A DNA stretch of 52,574 nucleotides, counting the filler, from an uncultured virus (IMG/VR IMGVR_UViG_2049941000_000887) (taxonomy: Duplodnaviria; Heunggongvirae; Uroviricota; Caudoviricetes). It is 7 parts of one record of this genome, joined end to end, with 100 filler letters (N's around TTAATTAATTAA, not from the genome) between each part and the next. Parts side by side here need not be neighbours in the genome. Positions count along the whole stretch, not along the records: positions 42,916 to 51,363 come from IMGVR_UViG_2049941000_000887; positions 51,464 to 52,574 come from IMGVR_UViG_2049941000_000887; 5 more parts are not named here. One strand, written 5' to 3'. Positions 47,363 to 52,574 of the stretch are shown piece after piece. The notes under the pieces are model-generated. The model was not told the DNA's origin. It did no database searches and saw only the letters and a list, made by a program, of their open reading frames with translations. Position 1 is the first letter of the stretch. The number at the start of each line of letters is the position of its first letter. The translations under genes and the position numbers were made by a program.

Positions 47363-47463
47363 AAGCTCGTTCTGGAGCTTGAAGAATTGGGAGTCCTCCA
47401 AGCCCATCAGCCGGAAGCATTCTTGGGGAACAAGCCGCCTGACCCGTCCGTGATGAATCACGC
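47363..47463 (-). CDS. C5 DNA methyltransferase C-terminal fragment
   Basis: VRRLVPQECFRLMG (motif IX-like); very short and gap-bounded. Confidence 0.55.
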
Positions 47464-47687
47464 NNNNNNNNNNTCAAAACTATATTGTCTTAATATCAAG
47501 CAGGAAAAAGGGTGTGTTAATTGAGGGGTNNNNNNNNNNCAAGCAGGCGGCGGCACGCTACGGCATTAGTGCCGACATGGTGCGGCTGATCAGGGCCATT
47601 GCGCAGTATTCCGGCAAGTCGCAGGATGAGCTGCGGNNNNNNNNNNACACGGCTACTGTTCGACGCTCGGACAGGAGGGGAAACAGC

Positions 47688-47995
47688 ATGGGGGAGGCCG
47701 GACTTCACGTCGTTCCGCTGACCGCTGAGGAACTCATGTGGCTCCACGGCCTGACCGTAGAGGAAGGCCTTCGGCAGGGGTACTGCATCAAGGGGCATGA
47801 AAAAGAATGGCGGGCGGCGAGACGCGCGGCAAAGGCGGAGGAACGGAAGGTGCTCGGAGGCAGGCGGCGGGAATGGGATTATCTCGACAGGCCGAATAAA
47901 CCGAAAAAGCCCAAGAAGCCGCAGCCGTTCAATCCGGATGACGACTGGGTTCCGCCGCCGAGATCATGGCGGCAGATACTTCCGAAGAACACGCC
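47688..47995 (+). CDS. Paralog of 22021..22331
   Basis: Near-identical protein; third partial copy 48124-48257. Confidence 0.6.
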
Positions 47996-48928
47996 NNNNN
48001 NNNNNCTCGCGGCTCACATCACCGGCGGCATGATGCTCGCGCTGGTCGCTGTCATATGGCTGGGGGTCGTCATCCGGATGATCCGCGGCTACCGCGATTC
48101 GATCAGGCAGGAGGGAACGCAACATGGGAAAGGCCGGACTTCACGTCGTTCCGCTGACCGCTGAGGAACTCATGTGGCTCCACGGGCTGACCGTCGAAGA
48201 AGGACTCCGGCAGGGGTACTGCATCAAGGGGCATGAAAAAGAATGGCGGGCGGCGAGNNNNNNNNNNNNNNNNNNNNNNNNNNNNNNNNNNNNNNNNNNN
48301 NNNNNNNNNNNNNNNNNNNNNNNNNNNNNNNNNNNNNNNNNNNNNNNNNNNNNNNNNNNNNNNNNNNNNNNNNNNNNNNNNNNNNNNNNNNNNNNNNNNN
48401 NNNNNNNNNNNNNNNNNNNNNNNNNNNNNNNNNNNNNNNNNNNNNNNNNNNNNNNNNNNNNNNNNNNNNNNNNNNNNNNNNNNNNNNNNNNNNNNNNNNN
48501 NNNNNNNNNNNNNNNNNNNNNNNNNNNNNNNNNNNNNNNNNNNNNNNNNNNNNNNNNNNNNNNNNNNNNNNNNNNNNNNNNNNNNNNNNNNNNNNNNNNN
48601 NNNNNNNNNNNNNNNNNNNNNNNNNNNNNNNNNNNNNNNNNNNNNNNNNNNNNNNNNNNNNNNNNNNNNNNNNNNNNNNNNNNNNNNNNNNNNNNNNNNN
48701 NNNNNNNNNNNNNNNNNNNNNNNNNNNNNNNNNNNNNNNNNNNNNNNNNNNNNNNNNNNNNNNNNNNNNNNNNNNNNNNNNNNNNNNNNNNNNNNNNNNN
48801 NNNNNNNNNNNNNNNNNNNNNNAAAGGGCGGGCAGCAGCTTCTCAATGAATTTGTGGAGCAGTTCGCACTTGACCTTCCCAGATTCATGAGTGCGAACAA
48901 TGCCGACAAAGCAAAAATNNNNNNNNNN

Positions 48929-49952
48929 GAAGGGCGGACAACAGCTTCTCAATGAATTTGTGGAGCAGTTCGCGCTTGACCTTCCCAGATTCATGAGTGC
49001 GAACAATGCCGACAAAGCAAAAATCCTTCTCCGTATCATCGGCATTGAGGACAAGCTCACTGAGCTGGATTCCGCAGAACAGAAGCTTTATAACGAACGC
49101 CATTCCATCGGCGTGATCGGCGACCGGAAAAGAAAGTATGCTGACGAAATGATTTCCTATGAAGGTGTGCCGGACGCGCCTGTGTCGGCTTCGGAACTGA
49201 TTGCACAGCAACAGGAGATTCTTGCCCGAAACGGCGAGAATCAGCGAAAGCGGCAGCGTCTCAACGAAATCACCTATGAGAAGCAGCGAATCTTCGATGA
49301 AATTCAGCGGCTTGAAGCGCAGGCGCAGGAACTTGCCAAACGCATTGAAGAACGAAAAGCGGCCTATGAACAGGTAGCTCACGACGAGGAGATTGCCCGC
49401 ACGGACGCGCTTGCACTTCAGGACCAATCCACTGCAGAGCTGGAAGAAAATATCCGCTCCATCGACGAGATTAACCGCAAAATCCGCGCCAATCTCGACA
49501 AGGAAAAGGCGGAGGAAGAAGCGGCGCAGTATGCCGACCAGTACGGTGTACTCACTGATAAGATTGAGGCAGTCCGCCGCGAAAGAAAGAAGCTGCTCGA
49601 TTCCGCTGACCTTCCGCTGGAAGGCTTATCGGTGGCAGACGGCGAACTGCTCTACAACGGGCACAAATGGGATTGCATGAGCGGTTCCGATCAACTCCGC
49701 GTATCGACCGCCATTATCCGCCGGCTGAATCCCGAATGCGGCTTTGTCCTTCTCGACAAGCTGGAACAGATGGACACCGAAACGCTGCGAGAATTCGGTG
49801 AATGGCTGGAAGCGGAAGGCTTACAGGCCATCGCAACCCGCGTATCGACCGGAGACGAATGCAGCGTGATTATTGAGGACGGCTATTCCGTCACAGCCAA
49901 TCAGACGGAGCAGCCGCCGGAAAGAAAACAGTGGAAGGCAGGTCAGTTTTAA
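48929..49952 (+). CDS. Phage SMC-like/AAA ATPase, C-terminal part
   Basis: Coiled coil, MSGSDQL signature-like motif, FVLLDKLE Walker B-like motif. Confidence 0.85.
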
Positions 49953-50978
49953 TGAACATCACAAGCGGAAAGATTCACACGGCACAGAAGGTCGTGATCT
50001 ACGGCGTGGAGGGCATCGGCAAGACCACCTTTGCCTCGCGCTTCCCCGATCCGGTCTTCATCGACACGGAGGGCAGTACTAAATTTCTCGACGTAAAGCG
50101 GTTCGACGCTCCCACGAGCTGGACAATGCTTCTCTCTCAGGTCGATTATGTGATTCAGCACAAGCCCTGCAAAACGCTGGTGCTTGACACAATCGACTGG
50201 GCGGAAAAGCTGTGCTACGATGCGGTGTGCGCCGCGAATCATTGGGCGTCGATTGAATCCCCCGGCTACGGCGCGGGCTACCGTTACGCCTATGAAGAAA
50301 TGGGAAAGCTGATGAACAAGCTCACCGACGTGGTAGAGGCAGGAATCAACGTGGTTGTGACCGCCCACTGTGCGCTGCGAAAATTTGAGCAGCCTGACGA
50401 AATGGGAGCCTATGACCGTTACGAAATGAAGCTCCAGAACAGCCAGAAATGNNNNNNNNNNCGTTGTCAAAGACGGCGACGGCAAGAACGCCAAGAGCAA
50501 AGCGCAGGGCGGCACCAAGAGAATCATGCACACGACCCGTCACGCCTGCTGGGACGCAAAGAACCGCTACGGACTGCCGCCGGAAATACCCTTTGATTAT
50601 GAGGAAATCCGCCCCTATATCGAGGGCGGCAACCGTCAAGAAATCCTTGACAGTTCAGTTGTTGCAAAAAATGCAACAACCACTACGCCACCGAAACAGC
50701 CGGAACCGCCGAAGCCCGCGCCTGAACCGGAGCAGCCCGCACCGTCCGAAAGCAAGCCTATCAACATTCCCGACGGCATTCCGAAGGCGCTTGCCGATCT
50801 CATGCGGGAGAACGAAGTGGACGAAGAGGAAATCCGTCTGGCGGTTTCACAGGTGGGATACTTCCCGTATAACACTCCCATCACGAATTACGACCCCGAT
50901 TTCATTGACGGCTGCCTGATCGCGGCATGGGGACAGGTTTTCGCAAAGATTTCCAATAACAGAGACTTACCGTTTTAA
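49952..50978 (+). CDS. AAA_24 / Sak4-like ATPase (gap at 50452)
   Basis: IYGVEGIGKTT, FIDTEGS, TLVLDTIDW, GYG.GY, DAKNRYGLP. Confidence 0.85.
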
Positions 50979-50993
50979 GGAGGCAAATGATCT

Positions 50994-51302
50994 ATGAGTG
51001 AATATATGGACTGGAACGACGAAATAGAACAGGACAGCAGCGAATTTGAAGTTGTACCCGAAGGTGAATACGACTTTGAAGTAATCAAATTTGAGCGTGG
51101 AAGAACCGATTCCGACGCAAAATATCCCAACTGCAATCAGGCAATCATTACCCTTCATGTAACCAACAGTGTATACGCCGGAGAGATCACCGACAGGCTG
51201 ATTCTCAACAAGAAGCTCGAATGGAAACTGTCACAATTCTTCTGCTCCATCAGTCAGAAGACCAAAGGTGAAAAGGTTCGTATGAACTGGCCTGCGGTAC
51301 CC
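50994..51302 (+). CDS. DUF669-like phage SSB, 5' part
   Basis: FE..PEG.Y.F.V..FER...EWKLSQFF.SI; follows the Sak4-like gene. Confidence 0.75.
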
Positions 51303-51463
51303 NNNNNNNNNNGGTCAGAAGACCAAAGGTGAAAAGGTTCGTATGAACTGGCCTGCGGTACCCNNNNNNNNNNNNNNNNNNNNNNNNNNNNNNNNNNNNN
51401 NNNNNNNTTAATTAATTAANNNNNNNNNNNNNNNNNNNNNNNNNNNNNNNNNNNNNNNNNNNN

Positions 51464-52339
51464 AGCGCCGGCGAAAGGTTGCTGGGATAGAACTGCTGGG
51501 CAGTTAATCGAAAAGCTTTCCGCATGCGGCGGCGATATTGGCGCAGTTCTCGGTGATTACAATCCCGAATACGGGGCATGGATACGCTTCAATCCTCTGG
51601 ACGGTCAGGGCGTCGGCAATGCCAATGTGACCGACTTCCGCTACGCGCTGGTGGAATCCGACTATGTGAATCTGGAGAAGCAGAACGCCATTATCCGGGA
51701 GCTGGAGCTGCCTGTGGCGGCGCTGGTTTACAGCGGCGGCAAGAGCCTTCACGCTATCGTGAGAATAGAAGCCGCCGANNNNNNNNNNATCGGAAACGCC
51801 AATGTTACCGATTTCCGCTTTGCACTGGTAGAATCCGACAATGTGGATCTGGAGAAGCAGAACGCCATTATCCGGGAGCTGGAGTTGCCTGTTGCGGCAC
51901 TGGTCTACAGCGGCGGCAAGAGCCTTCACGCTATCGTGAGAATAGAAGCCGCCGACGCGAAGCAATACCGTGAACGCGTCGAATATCTCTACAAGGTCTG
52001 CGACAAGAACGGCTTTGAGGTAGACCGCAACAACAAGAATCCTTCCCGCCTGAGCCGTATGCCGGGTGTGATACGGGGCGGCAAAAAACAGTACCTTCTG
52101 GATACCAACATCGGCAAGAAGTCATGGAGTGACTGGGTAGAGTGGATAGAATCNNNNNNNNNNAAAACAGTACCTTCTGGACACCAACATCGGCAAGAAG
52201 TCATGGAGTGACTGGGTAGAGTGGATAGAATCNNNNNNNNNNGAAGCAATATCTTCTTGACACCAACATCGGCAAAAAGTCATGGAGCGACTGGGTAGAG
52301 TGGATAGAATCGGTCAATGACGATCTGCCCGACCCGGAN
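51464..52339 (+). CDS. Primase/helicase central fragments (several collapsed variants)
   Basis: ALVESD, YSGGKSLHA, NPSRLSRMPG (AEP-like motifs), repeated with SNPs across gaps. Confidence 0.8.
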
Positions 52340-52574
52340 NNNNNNNNNTGAACGGGGAGCCTGTAAACGCCTACAAAGATAGCTTCCCATAAGGATAACA
52401 ACCAAACACCCACACATACAACCNNNNNNNNNNGCTATGCGCTTATGTGATGACCGTCACGCAGAAATCCCCCAAGCATTTTCGGTTTACGTTCGTGACA
52501 CGAATNNNNNNNNNNTTCGCAAAAATCCCTTGAAATGTGCGCGTCGTCGCCAAAGGGGTGAGCAATCTGTGAAA

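Noticed and set aside
2066..51419. Recurrent TTAATTAATTAA palindrome as a biological site
   Set aside because: Always centred in identical N blocks; it is an artificial scaffold linker.

Overview
This window is not one contiguous locus. It is seven scaffold pieces joined by artificial 100-nt spacers (N44-TTAATTAATTAA-N44), with many internal N gaps. The style suggests a Clostridia-like (probably Oscillospiraceae/Ruminococcaceae-type) draft or metagenome assembly; this is inferred from promoter/RBS style and gene families only. Most of the sequence is collapsed, interleaved fragments of several related temperate siphovirus prophages. These include serine and tyrosine integrases, a tRNA-Pro att fragment, three different immunity switches, two alternative replication cassettes, late regulators, and an A118-like head-tail module that stops just after the baseplate genes. 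Host-like DNA includes a TIR-SEL1-TPR gene with near-identical shuffled 141-bp repeats and a probable C-terminal membrane anchor, an ECF sigma factor, and DUF262 and methyltransferase fragments. Most interesting signals: (1) families of promoter-driven structured antisense small-RNA units at module boundaries; (2) a minor capsid protein with swappable toxin-like C-termini whose junction is an in-frame sigma-70 promoter; (3) the TIR receptor with shuffled repeats; (4) primase HTH variants co-varying with origin iterons; (5) a serine integrase inactivated by a 386-bp microhomology deletion; (6) a tandem-pseudoknot leader on the scaffold gene. Adjacency across N gaps is not trusted. Family names come from motif recognition, not from database searches.
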